From Dehalococcoidia bacterium (GTDB lineage Bacteria > Chloroflexota > Dehalococcoidia > UBA6926): 64,000 nucleotides of DNA. A program made the position numbers and the translations under genes. The notes beneath the pieces are model-generated. The model had not been told where the DNA came from. It searched no databases and saw only the letters and a program-made list of their open reading frames with translations. The stretch lies in assembly GCA_045562535.1 (NCBI GenBank), contig JBJKVP010000005.1:213-64212 (forward strand), read 5' to 3'. Of the stretch, positions 45,524-55,544 are shown piece by piece. The stretch's first letter is position 1. Each line of letters starts with the position of its first letter.

Positions 45524-46412
45524 TTACTTCTTGAATCATCAGTTTAATATACCTATTACATACAATCTTGATTTGTCTTCAACTTTAGACGGAGGTCAAA
45601 GTTTTGATTGGAGATCAGAAGCGGATGGTTGTTGGCTTGGGTTAATTAGAAACTACCCCGTAAAACTTTCAATCTCTAAAACACTAACAGGATCCTTAAT
45701 TGGAGCTGAGTATGCAACAGAGATCTCTGATGAAAATATTGATTTATTAAATTCTTACTTAAATTTAGATACCCCATATGAAGATTTACGCGATCGACTA
45801 AAATCTGAGAGTGAGTTAAAAAATATTATTGAATCAGTTCCAAAATTCAATATTCTGAAGCAAGATCCCTGGAAGACCCTGGTCAGTTTTATATTGTCGA
45901 CACAGAGTAATATCCCTAGAATTAAAAAAAACCTCGCAGAATTATCGAGTACAAACGGTAAACTTGTAACAGCTTTCGGAGCTTCGTTTTACATATTTCC
46001 GAGTCCGTATGAGCTGGATATTATGGGAGAAAATCGGCTGCGAAATTTGGGTCTAGGATATCGGGCAAAAAACCTAGCTTTAGTGGCGTCAATGGTACAC
46101 AGGAAATCTTTCAATATGGAAGCTGCGTTGTCTATGGAATACGAAGAGGCTAAACGATACTTAATGACTTTACCAGGAGTAGGGCCAAAAGTAGCCGACT
46201 GCGTTTTGGCGTTTTCAATGGGCCATACAGTTGCTTTTCCTGTAGACCGCTGGGTTTCGCGTGGAGTGAAACGTAATTACCCGAAGACTGAAAACTATAA
46301 TGACGTTGATATATCTAAGTGGGGAAGAGAAAAATTCGGAGTTGACGCTTCTTATGTCCAACAAATTATTTTTTACTATGAACGATGGATTTATGGTTCC
46401 GGTAAAGTTTAG
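45477..46412 (+). CDS. ogg: 8-oxoguanine DNA glycosylase (Ogg, HhH-GPD)
   Basis: Motifs seen: DGGQSFDWR (OGG_N) and LPGVGPKVADCVLAF...FPVDRWV (catalytic Lys and Asp). TTG 45477 overlaps dinG by 47 nt. TTG 45531 is a non-overlapping alternative. Confidence 0.85.
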   Translation: MDWSQKQYPIGSVASNYFLNHQFNIPITYNLDLSSTLDGGQSFDWRSEADGCWLGLIRNYPVKLSISKTLTGSLIGAEYATEISDENIDLLNSYLNLDTPYEDLRDRLKSESELKNIIESVPKFNILKQDPWKTLVSFILSTQSNIPRIKKNLAELSSTNGKLVTAFGASFYIFPSPYELDIMGENRLRNLGLGYRAKNLALVASMVHRKSFNMEAALSMEYEEAKRYLMTLPGVGPKVADCVLAFSMGHTVAFPVDRWVSRGVKRNYPKTENYNDVDISKWGREKFGVDASYVQQIIFYYERWIYGSGKV

Positions 46413-46413
46413 T

Positions 46414-47676
46414 TTATTGGTTGAATTTGGTAAGGTTTGCCTTAACGTAGGTTTCCTCCTCCAACCTTGTTTTCATATCACCATCTAGTTTTAGAGACTT
46501 CAAAATTAATAAAAGCTCGCCAATTCTTGGTCCAGGATTGACCCCGAGGTTGATGATATCAGTACCATTTAAATTTATATTGACTTTCGAGTAGGTTTCT
46601 ATATATGTATTGGTGATTTGTGAGAATACTGGATTGTTTACGAAACAGCGAACCAAAACCAGCGATTCAATATTGTGAGACTTAAAATAATTGAAGACCT
46701 CGCTTGGTTTCATAGACGCTAATGGTTTCAAAGAAGGGTCTCTTTTTATTTCATCCAATAATTGAAAACAACCTAGCATTACATTTTTTTCGAGAGAGTT
46801 CATTTTGTCGTTAGTACTATCTATTTTCGAATCTCGATTTTGGTTAAGTCGCAAAGCCAGTTCATAAAACTTTGGTAGATCATTTTTTGCAAGAGTGTCG
46901 TTTCTCAGAGCTTCGAAAATATTTGCAACTACTGGCGTGTAAGAGAATGGTTGGGGTAATAATTGTGTCACACCCCATGTATCTAATTGCTCTAATATTA
47001 ACTCGGGGTAAGGTTCTTCAAGTACGCGCACTATTTCTTGATATATCCGGTTCTTACTAACATAGTCTATGGAAGTGAAATCTCTATTAATCCACGAGGC
47101 CGTTTTGTCATCAATCTCAAGCCCGAGCCTAGATTTGTATATGGCAGCACGGATTATTCTAGTAGGGTCATCTTGGAACGTTTTTTCATGGAGGCCGCGC
47201 AGAATTCTGTTCTGTATATCGAGTAGGCCTCCTAATTCATCTACTAGAAGGCCAAATTCAAGTGGGTCAAGACTAACAGCAAGAGCGTTTATACTGAAAT
47301 CTCTTCTTTTTAAATCTTCTGACAAATGAGCGGCTGAAACAATAGGTAGAGAACCCGGTTTTTCATAAACTTCTGTTCTTGCATTAGCAACATCTATTGT
47401 TGACTCTTCTACGAGGAGCTTCAACGTCATAAATTGGGATCTACGCACTATTGTTGCAAGTGATTGAACCTGTGGGTCTGAGGAGAACGATTCTATGTCG
47501 CCATCTAATACTAAATCTATATCTTCGGACTTTACTCCCAGTAGAGAATCTCTGACGACTCCCCCTATCAGATATAATGCCTCGTTTCTTGCTTTGGCTA
47601 TGGCGCCAAGTCTTTTGCAGGCTATCAATAGAGGCTCTGGAATGTTCAACTCTATTTGTGTAGATATATTCATCAT
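46414..47676 (-). CDS. cca: tRNA nucleotidyltransferase (CCA-adding) / poly(A) polymerase family
   Basis: 420 aa. YLIGGVVRDSLLG...DIDLVLDG is the head-domain signature, and RRDFSINALA is present. The gene is convergent with ogg, with a 1-nt gap. Confidence 0.85.
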   Translation of the reverse strand: MMNISTQIELNIPEPLLIACKRLGAIAKARNEALYLIGGVVRDSLLGVKSEDIDLVLDGDIESFSSDPQVQSLATIVRRSQFMTLKLLVEESTIDVANARTEVYEKPGSLPIVSAAHLSEDLKRRDFSINALAVSLDPLEFGLLVDELGGLLDIQNRILRGLHEKTFQDDPTRIIRAAIYKSRLGLEIDDKTASWINRDFTSIDYVSKNRIYQEIVRVLEEPYPELILEQLDTWGVTQLLPQPFSYTPVVANIFEALRNDTLAKNDLPKFYELALRLNQNRDSKIDSTNDKMNSLEKNVMLGCFQLLDEIKRDPSLKPLASMKPSEVFNYFKSHNIESLVLVRCFVNNPVFSQITNTYIETYSKVNINLNGTDIINLGVNPGPRIGELLLILKSLKLDGDMKTRLEEETYVKANLTKFNQ

Positions 47677-47743
47677 TATAAGATTATAAGTAATATTTGA
47701 AGAAGTTCAAAAAAACCATTGAGGGTATACATATATATTGGGT

Positions 47744-48481
47744 ATGAATGAAATAAATCTTATCGACGAGTGGATCCAAAATAATGCTGTTCCAATAGAG
47801 AAACTGCTAGGCGTTAAGTTTAACGATCGTAACTTTCTCCTAAACGCATTTATACATAGCTCATTTATAAATGAAATTTCGAATGATCAGTTTGAATCTA
47901 ACGAGAGGATGGAATTTTTTGGAGACTCCATCCTGAACCAGACGGTTTCAAAGTATTTGTATGTTCGGTTTCCAGATTTGGATGAAGGCTCGTTAACTAG
48001 GATTCGATCTGTTTTGGTAAATAAAGAAATGCTATTTCGAATAGCTGTGCATCTGGATATAGGTAAGTATCTAATTTTAGGAAAAGGCGAATACTCTACT
48101 GGGGGTTCTAAGAAAGAGTCTAATCTAGCTAATACTGTAGAGGCGGTAATTTGCGCGATATATCTTGATCAGGGCCAAGATAAAATAAATGAATTTATAA
48201 TCCGCCTTCTTGAAGAACTGTGGAATGATTCTATTACAGACGACTCGTATTTTATTGACTCCAAATCGAGACTGCAACAAACGTCTCAGAAAATGTATGG
48301 AATCACACCTGAATACGAGTTAATAGAAGATGTTCAGATTAATAATGAACATGTGTTTAACGTTAATGTAGCAATACAAAATCATTTATTGGTTGCGGGG
48401 CAAGGCCCAACTAAGAAAGCTGCGGAACAAAACGCGGCATATCAGGCAATTCAAATCATTAGTAGTTCAGAAACTGAATAA
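47744..48481 (+). CDS. rnc: Ribonuclease III
   Basis: Motifs seen: the NERMEFFGDSILN signature and a C-terminal dsRBD (GQGPTKKAAEQNAAYQA). The tracked ORF begins at TTG 47738. ATG 47744 is in frame. Confidence 0.93.
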   Translation: MNEINLIDEWIQNNAVPIEKLLGVKFNDRNFLLNAFIHSSFINEISNDQFESNERMEFFGDSILNQTVSKYLYVRFPDLDEGSLTRIRSVLVNKEMLFRIAVHLDIGKYLILGKGEYSTGGSKKESNLANTVEAVICAIYLDQGQDKINEFIIRLLEELWNDSITDDSYFIDSKSRLQQTSQKMYGITPEYELIEDVQINNEHVFNVNVAIQNHLLVAGQGPTKKAAEQNAAYQAIQIISSSETE

Positions 48482-48531
48482 TAGGAAACCTGATTTTGAT
48501 TCGGTAATAAAAATGAGATAATGAGGTTACT

Positions 48532-49641
48532 ATGAATGATGAACTTTCTGATAAACCGGGGCGTTTAGCCTCACGATTTCTTCCACACTATGAAAATGTT
48601 GAATTATATAAAGCCGTAGATGATCCGGGAAAATTATCAGAACAAAACCATTTTACTCGTGACTCCTTGATAAAATTGGATGCCAACGAGAACCCTTTTG
48701 GCCCTACTAGGGCCGTATCAAATTTATTTGCTAACCCATCTGATATTTCGATATATCCGGATGCTGAACAATCCGTATTACGAGAAACTTTGTCTACGTA
48801 TACACGGATTGAAAAAGATCAAATAGTTGCCGGGGCAGGTAGTGATGAATTAATTGATCTTATAACGCGCCTTTTTGTCTCTCCCGGTGATTCAATAATG
48901 ATTTCACGTCCGACCTTTGGTATGTATTCATTTTCGGCTAGTGTGTACGGGGCTGGAATTATTGATATACCTAGGAATATTGACGATTTTAGTTTGGATA
49001 TAGATGGTATTTTAAAAAAGATAGATCGCGTTAAACTTGTTTTTATTGCTTCTCCTAATAACCCAACGGGAAATACTACAAATTTTGATGATTTGAAAAA
49101 AATTCTTAACGCAGGCGTACCTGTGGTTGTTGATGAAGCTTACGTAGAATTTAGTGATAATGATTGTAGTCAACTACTTAGTGAATATCCCAACCTGATG
49201 ATTCTTAGAACTTTTAGTAAATGGGCAGGATTAGCTGGGTTGCGCGTTGGATATGGTTTATTTCCAAAAGATGTAGCTGACATGTTAAGGCGAATTAAAC
49301 CACCTTATTCAGTTGGAACTCTCGCTCAAGCGGCTGCTACAACTGCATTAGAGAACATCTCAGAATCTGAGCAACAGATCAGGGCTATTATTTCTGAAAG
49401 ATCTAAAGTATGGTCTTCTTTGAAGGAGATATCGCAACTGAAGGCATATCCTTCAGACGGCAACTTTTTTCTCATAAAAATACTGGCCGGAAATGCGAGA
49501 GAAGTGAAATCAAAACTTTTACAGCGTGGAATATCCGTTAGATATTTTGATGATAATCTATTAAAGGACTGTTTAAGAATAAGCATAGGTCTTCCAGATC
49601 AAAATATTCAATTATTGAAAGAATTGAAAAATTTATTATAG
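48532..49641 (+). CDS. hisC: Histidinol-phosphate aminotransferase
   Basis: 369 aa. Motifs seen: KLDANENPFGP, and SKWAGLAGLRVGY carrying the PLP lysine. Confidence 0.92.
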   Translation: MNDELSDKPGRLASRFLPHYENVELYKAVDDPGKLSEQNHFTRDSLIKLDANENPFGPTRAVSNLFANPSDISIYPDAEQSVLRETLSTYTRIEKDQIVAGAGSDELIDLITRLFVSPGDSIMISRPTFGMYSFSASVYGAGIIDIPRNIDDFSLDIDGILKKIDRVKLVFIASPNNPTGNTTNFDDLKKILNAGVPVVVDEAYVEFSDNDCSQLLSEYPNLMILRTFSKWAGLAGLRVGYGLFPKDVADMLRRIKPPYSVGTLAQAAATTALENISESEQQIRAIISERSKVWSSLKEISQLKAYPSDGNFFLIKILAGNAREVKSKLLQRGISVRYFDDNLLKDCLRISIGLPDQNIQLLKELKNLL

Positions 49642-49652
49642 GAGAAAAAGCG

Positions 49653-50261
49653 ATGGCATTGGATTCTAATCGAAAAGCTGAACAGAACCGTGAGACGTCT
49701 GAATCACAGGTTAAAGTATCTATAAACCTAGATGGAGCAGCCAATTATTCTGTTAGCACGGGATCAAAGATGTTAGATCACCTACTAGACCAGTTGGGCA
49801 GGCACGGTGGATTCGATTTAAATATAGTTAGCAAATCATCTAACGATCCAGATGGACATCATGTAGCTGAAGATACTGGAATAGTGCTAGGTAGAGCATT
49901 TAGTGAAGCACTTGGTGATAGAAAAGGTATCAAGAGAATGGGTAATGCGATAGTCCCTTTGGATGAAGCGTTGTCGATGGTTGCTGTTGATCTTGGAGGT
50001 AGAGGTTACTCTGTTTTTGATATGGATTTCTCAACTTCAATAATAGGAGACCTAAGGTCTGAACTAGTCACCCATGTTCTAGAATCTTTTGCAAGAGAAG
50101 CAAAAATCAATTTACACGTTCGAATATTGACTGGATCTAACGATCATCATATTGCAGAAGCAACTTTTAAAGCTTTAGCAAAATCTCTTAATTTTGCCGT
50201 ACAGATAGACCCGCGGTTTAACGATATAACACCTTCTACTAAAGGCACTCTGACTGACTAA
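49653..50261 (+). CDS. hisB: Imidazoleglycerol-phosphate dehydratase
   Basis: 202 aa. Two D.HH..E motifs are present (DGHHVAEDTG and NDHHIAEATFKAL). Confidence 0.95.
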   Translation: MALDSNRKAEQNRETSESQVKVSINLDGAANYSVSTGSKMLDHLLDQLGRHGGFDLNIVSKSSNDPDGHHVAEDTGIVLGRAFSEALGDRKGIKRMGNAIVPLDEALSMVAVDLGGRGYSVFDMDFSTSIIGDLRSELVTHVLESFAREAKINLHVRILTGSNDHHIAEATFKALAKSLNFAVQIDPRFNDITPSTKGTLTD

Positions 50262-50270
50262 TGATTGATT

Positions 50271-50528
50271 CTAGTCGATTAATTCCAGTTCAAATCTGTA
50301 TTGCTCTATAACTATATTGGCTAACAGCCGTTTACACATTTCCTCTATTTGGTCCCTTGATTGAGACTCAGTTAAGTCTCCGTTTAACTCTATCTCGATA
50401 TACTTACCAGAGTTAACTTTCTCTACTCCAGTGTAGCCAAGTGTTTCCAGGCCACCTTTAATTGCAAGACCTTCTGGATTATTTACGCCTTCTTTTGGAG
50501 TTATGTATATGCGTGCTAAAAATTTCAT
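50271..50528 (-). CDS. purS: Phosphoribosylformylglycinamidine synthase subunit PurS
   Basis: 85 aa. VNNPEGLAIKGGLETLGY...KYIEIEL is typical of PurS. Confidence 0.9.
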   Translation of the reverse strand: MKFLARIYITPKEGVNNPEGLAIKGGLETLGYTGVEKVNSGKYIEIELNGDLTESQSRDQIEEMCKRLLANIVIEQYRFELELID

Positions 50529-50539
50529 AGTGTATACGT

Positions 50540-50761
50540 TTATTCCTTAGAAATCCGTTTAAACAAAAAAGTTTTTTTCAGTAACGAAAAAAGTATTATG
50601 GATATGGTCCCGATAGTTACAAGTGGAACTAATAATTTAACTAATAGCGGCGTATCTTCAAACTGACTAAAGCCTATAACGGTAGTAGCTGCTCCCTCTA
50701 TTGTGTATATAACTACTGCTGCCGCGAAACCTATTAATAAATATCCCAGTATTCTTTTCAT
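50540..50761 (-). CDS. Small two-TM membrane protein
   Basis: 73 aa with two hydrophobic helices. It is wedged between purC and purS with 2-nt and 11-nt gaps. Confidence 0.4.
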   Translation of the reverse strand: MKRILGYLLIGFAAAVVIYTIEGAATTVIGFSQFEDTPLLVKLLVPLVTIGTISIILFSLLKKTFLFKRISKE

Positions 50762-50763
50762 CG

Positions 50764-51657
50764 CTAAAAAACTAACTCTTTTCCCGTTAAACGCTTATAT
50801 ACTTCTAAGTATTGAGCAATGGTTAAATCCTTTACTTCTTGAGTAGGCGTCGGAGGTTTTGATTTTTTATCCCAACCTGTGCTCGTCAGCCAGTCCCTAA
50901 CAATTTGCTTATCAAAACTTGGCTGAGATTCTCCGGGTTTGTAAGATTCAGCATCCCAATATCTAGATGAATCAGGTGTGAGTAGTTCATCAATAACGTG
51001 AATTTTCCCATCGATAAAACCATATTCAAATTTGGTGTCTGCCAGAATGAGCCCTACAGACTCTGCTAAACCGGTTGCTTGTGTATATAGGGCATGGCTG
51101 TGTTCTTCGAGCGGCCAGGCGATGTTACCGCCAAGAGTTCCCCAAAATTCTTCTAGAGTTAGTGGCAAATCGTGCCCCGTATCTTCTTTTGTAGTCGGTG
51201 TGAATAGAGGCTCATCGAACTTTTGACTCTCTTCTAGGTCTTCAGGAAGAGGGTATCCTTGAACACTTTGATCTTTTTGATACTCTGCCCAAGCGGAGCC
51301 GGTTATGTATCCCCTGACAATACACTCTACATCAATCCGTTGGGCTTTTTTTACAACCATTGATCTTGTTGCTATTTCATCTGGAAGATTTTCTAGGCTG
51401 AATTCTTTTGCTATTTCTGGTTCATATGCCATACCAATAAAATGGTTTGGTACGACTCCCGCTGTATACCTCAGCCAAAGCGCTGATATTTCCGATAGTA
51501 CTATCCCTCTACCTGGTATCCCTTCAGGGAGCATTACATCGTATGCCGATACTCTATCTGTTGTTACCATCAATAGAGCATTTCCTAAGTCATAAGTATC
51601 CCTGACTTTCCCCTTGTGGAAAGGGTTTGCTAGATCCGTCTCTAATAGCGCTTCCAT
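50764..51657 (-). CDS. purC: Phosphoribosylaminoimidazole-succinocarboxamide synthase
   Basis: Motifs seen: GKVRDTYD and LADTKFEYG. ATG 51657 has AAGGTGG about 10 nt upstream. The tracked ORF extends to GTG 51672. Confidence 0.93.
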   Translation of the reverse strand: MEALLETDLANPFHKGKVRDTYDLGNALLMVTTDRVSAYDVMLPEGIPGRGIVLSEISALWLRYTAGVVPNHFIGMAYEPEIAKEFSLENLPDEIATRSMVVKKAQRIDVECIVRGYITGSAWAEYQKDQSVQGYPLPEDLEESQKFDEPLFTPTTKEDTGHDLPLTLEEFWGTLGGNIAWPLEEHSHALYTQATGLAESVGLILADTKFEYGFIDGKIHVIDELLTPDSSRYWDAESYKPGESQPSFDKQIVRDWLTSTGWDKKSKPPTPTQEVKDLTIAQYLEVYKRLTGKELVF

Positions 51658-51845
51658 AGTTTTAAATACCACCTTGATGTCATTATTATTGTTCTATTAC
51701 TGATATTGTAAATGCCTATTATAGGGCGTGCTACCCGTATTTTGTGATTTCGCCAGTGGTAAGTGGGTAGCTTATTTGTTTCCCATATAGAAATCGATAT
51801 ACTTTGTGTTGTATATGTGATTATTTTATTTATTAAGGAGATTCC

Positions 51846-52469
51846 TTGTTTATTGATCCAAGTTCTAATTTAAACGATCGTACCCCGCAGTCTCGATCTT
51901 TATATGAGTACGTTTACGAAGTTTTAATTCGACCTCAATGGGTTATGAGTGATATATCCATAGATAAGCCCTACAAACATGCCACCTCGGTATTTTTGAT
52001 AGTAGGTGTGTTACTTGGGGTTGGATTTGGATTCCAAGGTAGTCTCGGGTATTTTGTGGGTCTCTATGGAGCGCTTTATGGCGGAATTTTGTTCCCCTTC
52101 CTTTTCGGAACTGGTTTATTGATAATTTCAGCCCTATTTTATTGGTTTGGCACTAGCCTAGATGGCTCAGGTACATATTGGGAAATTGCCCTGCCAACGA
52201 TATTTTCTTCAATACCAATATCTTTCTTAGTATTGATCCCATTAATAAGACTATTTGTTGACCCACTCCCGATTCTAATCTATTTGCTGATAATTCCTGT
52301 GACTTTAATAAGTACCGCACGGTTATTGTATTTTGCTCTTATGGCAGGACATAGATTTTCTGGTTTCCAATCTGTTTTGACTCTAGCAAGCCCGATTCTG
52401 TTTCTGGGACTTATTTTCATAGCGATATTTTTTGTCTCGGTTATATTGTCTTTGATTTCGTTTAGTTAG
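51846..52469 (+). CDS. Multi-TM membrane protein (Yip1-domain-like)
   Basis: 207 aa with about 5 TM segments. TTG start has AAGGAG 5 nt upstream. The family call is weak. Confidence 0.4.
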   Translation: MFIDPSSNLNDRTPQSRSLYEYVYEVLIRPQWVMSDISIDKPYKHATSVFLIVGVLLGVGFGFQGSLGYFVGLYGALYGGILFPFLFGTGLLIISALFYWFGTSLDGSGTYWEIALPTIFSSIPISFLVLIPLIRLFVDPLPILIYLLIIPVTLISTARLLYFALMAGHRFSGFQSVLTLASPILFLGLIFIAIFFVSVILSLISFS

Positions 52470-52544
52470 ACCCACTGAATGGATAGTAATGGTTTGTACT
52501 TGACTCATTTTCCGTTTCACGTATAGTTGATTTGAGGTGTGAAC

Positions 52545-52742
52545 ATGTCTATTCCAAATCTCCCCGAGCTTATGCTGATTTTATTTATTGTCCTGCTTAT
52601 TTTTGGCGCAGGTAAATTACCGGATGTAGCTAGTTCTCTAGGTAAATCAATCAAGGAGTTTCGCACAGGGTTACAGGTGGGAGAATCTGCTAATCCTGAT
52701 GAGAGTGTGGATAATTCAAAAAAAGAAGATAGCAACGCCTAA
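52545..52742 (+). CDS. tatA: Twin-arginine translocase subunit TatA/E
   Basis: MSIPNLPELMLILFIVLLIFGAGKLPDVASSLGKSIKEFR. GAGGTG lies 5 nt upstream of ATG 52545. Confidence 0.9.
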   Translation: MSIPNLPELMLILFIVLLIFGAGKLPDVASSLGKSIKEFRTGLQVGESANPDESVDNSKKEDSNA

Positions 52743-52776
52743 ACTATTCGTTAGAACTATTGTGGATTCCGCGTTA

Positions 52777-53490
52777 TCATTTGTCCGAAGCAATCCTAGC
52801 TAATATGAGACCTATTTCGAAGAGAATCCATATTGGGCCTGCCCAAATTAACATATTTATCGGGTCACCAGTTGGGGTTATTATTGCGCCCGCTATAACG
52901 GAAAGCAGTATTGCAAATTTTCTTTGTTTAGCGACCTTTTGGGGATCCAAAATTCCAATTTTGGCGAGTATAAACATTACCACAGGTATTTGAAAAATGA
53001 ATCCCATGACAAACATGAGCCAAAGAGTGGTTCCCACAACACTTTTTACACTAATTTGAGGAGTAACTAGATCTCCCAAAAAAGTTGGAAGAAATTTCAT
53101 CATAAACGGCAATAATAGGAAAAATGAAAAAGATATGCCTAAAAGGAATAATATAAATACAATTGGCATCGAATAGTAGATATACCGTTTTTCATTACCC
53201 TTCAAAGCAGGTTTGACAAACATAATAGTTTGGAAAGAAATAATTGGAAAAGCTACAAATAACCCTGCAACAAGAGCCACTTTCATTGATACTCCTAAAC
53301 CTTCAGTGACCCCTATCTGAACTATTTCAACACCATCAGGGAAAGGCATAAGAAGAAAAGATATGAGTTGCCTGTTAAATGCAAAGGCGACCGCAGCTGT
53401 CAACATAACGAAAAGGAAAATCCAAGTAATTCTTGTTCTCAGTTCGTTTAGATGATCCGTGACCGGCATCTCAGTTTCGGTATTTTTCAT
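52777..53490 (-). CDS. tatC: Twin-arginine translocase subunit TatC
   Basis: 237 aa. The N-terminal motif is HLNELRTRI, and there are 6 TM segments. Confidence 0.93.
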   Translation of the reverse strand: MKNTETEMPVTDHLNELRTRITWIFLFVMLTAAVAFAFNRQLISFLLMPFPDGVEIVQIGVTEGLGVSMKVALVAGLFVAFPIISFQTIMFVKPALKGNEKRYIYYSMPIVFILFLLGISFSFFLLLPFMMKFLPTFLGDLVTPQISVKSVVGTTLWLMFVMGFIFQIPVVMFILAKIGILDPQKVAKQRKFAILLSVIAGAIITPTGDPINMLIWAGPIWILFEIGLILARIASDK

Positions 53491-53507
53491 TGGTTTTATC
53501 TACGCAT

Positions 53508-53756
53508 TTAATCCATTTTATTGTCAGAATTGGGGTCGCTAGTAATTGTCTCATCAGGCTGAATTGTTTCTACATTAATACTGTTGGTAATTTCGGTATT
53601 GATGTCATTAACTAAATAATTATAGTTGCGTTTTAGAGATGCTATTGCAGAGCCTATTTGCCCAATAAATTCTACCGCACGCGTTGGTCCAAATATAATG
53701 AAAGCAAAAACTGCTATAAACAAAAGTTCCGGAGTTCCCATGTTAAGTATTTCCAT
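53508..53756 (-). CDS. TatA/TatB-type Tat subunit
   Basis: MGTPELLFIAVFAFIIFGPTRAVEFIGQIGSAIASLKRN. It lies upstream of tatC in the same operon. Start options are 53774, 53756 and 53741. Confidence 0.8.
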   Translation of the reverse strand: MEILNMGTPELLFIAVFAFIIFGPTRAVEFIGQIGSAIASLKRNYNYLVNDINTEITNSINVETIQPDETITSDPNSDNKMD

Positions 53757-53904
53757 TGTAGACACACCTATCAACTAGTTTAGTAGTGGATCCTGGTTAA
53801 TGTTACCTCATATTAGCCAAGTAAGGGTTTTCAATATGTTGATTCATCCCTATCATAAACATAATTTAGTTTAAATCTGCGTTGGTTTCAAAAAAGGAAA
53901 AGTT

Positions 53905-55428
53905 TTGATTACATCAGATTTGTATTATCTAAACCTGGTTGTTTTAGTTCCTTTTATTTCTGCTCTGTTAATATTGTTGATTCCATCAAGCTATTCCAAG
54001 TACATATCTTCATTTGCAGCAGTAGCGACAGGAATTACGCTGATCTTAGCAACTTATCTTTGCGCCAACTATTATTTTACAGAAAGTTACGCGACGGGCC
54101 AGTTTTATCCTCTATCATCGATAGAATGGCTACCATCTTTGGGAATAACGTTCCAGTTAGGCGTTGACGGTATTTCTGCTCTCATGATCTTATTAAACGG
54201 TTTGGTTGCTTTCGGTGGGACCCTAGTTGCAACTAGAATTACTCATCGTAACAAAGAATTTTTTGTACTGTACTTACTTTTAGTTTCCGGAGTGAACGGG
54301 GTTTTTCTTTCATTAGATCTTTTCTTCTTTTTCTTCTTTTATGAACTGGCGGTAATCCCCATGTATTTGTTGATCGCTGTTTGGGGTAGTTCCACTGATT
54401 TTCGCACATTTACTAAGCCGGAAAATTTTTCTAGAACCAAAGAGTATAGCGCGATGAAACTGGTTATTTATTTGAGTTTGGGCAGTGTATTGGTTTGGGT
54501 GGCGTTTATTGGCTTGTACATGTTTTCCGATATAAAAACTTTTGATTTTATGATTCTTCGAGACCAAGAATTCGATCGAATGTTTCAAATCGTTATGTTT
54601 CCCTTAATTGCCATCGGGTTTGGTTCTCTTGCAGGATTATGGCCTTTCCATACGTGGTCTCCTGATGGGCATGTTGCTGCTCCGACCTCGGTTAGTATGT
54701 TGCACGCAGGAGTTCTTATGAAATTAGGAGCTTATGGTATATTGCGTATAGGTATGGAACTGATGCCTGAAGGTGCTGAATTTTGGATGCCGGCGATAGT
54801 TTTGTTGGCTACAGTTAACGTGGTTTATGGAGCCATCTCTGCGATGGGTCAGAATGATTTGAAGTATGTTATTGGTTATTCTAGTGTAAGCCACATGGGC
54901 TACGTGCTGTTAGGATTAGCGACTTTAAACGTTTTTGGGGTAAACGGCGCAGTCTTACAGATGTTCGCGCACGGAATAATGACTGCTCTCTTTTTTATAG
55001 TTGTTGGAGGAATATACGAACGTACTCACACGCGAGACATAGGAGTATTAGAAGGTTTGTTTAAAAATATGAGTAAGTCTGGCCTATTTTTTGTAATCGC
55101 AGGCCTAGCGAGCTTGGGGCTTCCAGGGCTGAGTGGGTTTGCAGCAGAGTTACTTGTTTTTATTGGAGCGTTTCAGTATAACCCCATTATTGGATCCTTA
55201 AGTATTTTTGCCGCTGCAATAACAGCAGTGTACATTTTGAGGCTTATTGGTAAAGTATTTTTTGGCCCAATCGACGACCGATGGAAATCGCTAACTGACT
55301 CCTCTAGAACTGAATATTTTGCTGGAGCTCTTCTTATAGCATTTATCGTGGGTGTGGGAATTTGGCCATTTCCTTGGATTAATTTAATCGATGGTAGTGT
55401 TTCATTAATACTAGGTATTGTTCCATGA
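53905..55428 (+). CDS. nuoM: NADH-quinone oxidoreductase subunit M (antiporter-like)
   Basis: 507 aa. WPFHTWSPDGHVAAPTSVSMLHAGVLMKLGAYG is the NuoM/NdhD signature. Start codon is TTG, preceded by AAGGAAAAG. Confidence 0.88.
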   Translation: MITSDLYYLNLVVLVPFISALLILLIPSSYSKYISSFAAVATGITLILATYLCANYYFTESYATGQFYPLSSIEWLPSLGITFQLGVDGISALMILLNGLVAFGGTLVATRITHRNKEFFVLYLLLVSGVNGVFLSLDLFFFFFFYELAVIPMYLLIAVWGSSTDFRTFTKPENFSRTKEYSAMKLVIYLSLGSVLVWVAFIGLYMFSDIKTFDFMILRDQEFDRMFQIVMFPLIAIGFGSLAGLWPFHTWSPDGHVAAPTSVSMLHAGVLMKLGAYGILRIGMELMPEGAEFWMPAIVLLATVNVVYGAISAMGQNDLKYVIGYSSVSHMGYVLLGLATLNVFGVNGAVLQMFAHGIMTALFFIVVGGIYERTHTRDIGVLEGLFKNMSKSGLFFVIAGLASLGLPGLSGFAAELLVFIGAFQYNPIIGSLSIFAAAITAVYILRLIGKVFFGPIDDRWKSLTDSSRTEYFAGALLIAFIVGVGIWPFPWINLIDGSVSLILGIVP

Positions 55429-55544
55429 GAATAGGAAGTGATTAATGGTGGTTGAGAATCAAATTAGATTAATAAAAGATCCGGAAGCGTATTCTTATAT
55501 GAATTGTTCTATATACTATTTATCTAGTAGGAGTGATATATAAG

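Noticed and set aside
51730-51771. Inverted repeat GCTACCC...GGGTAGC in the purC / membrane-protein divergent intergenic region (candidate purine-related riboswitch or terminator)
   Set aside because: It is a 7-bp stem with a 28-nt loop. It shows no match to ZTP or purine riboswitch cores that I can recognise. No upstream gene on either strand would need a terminator there.
52760-52993. 77-aa plus-strand ORF overlapping tatC
   Set aside because: It is an antisense shadow of the well-supported tatC frame.
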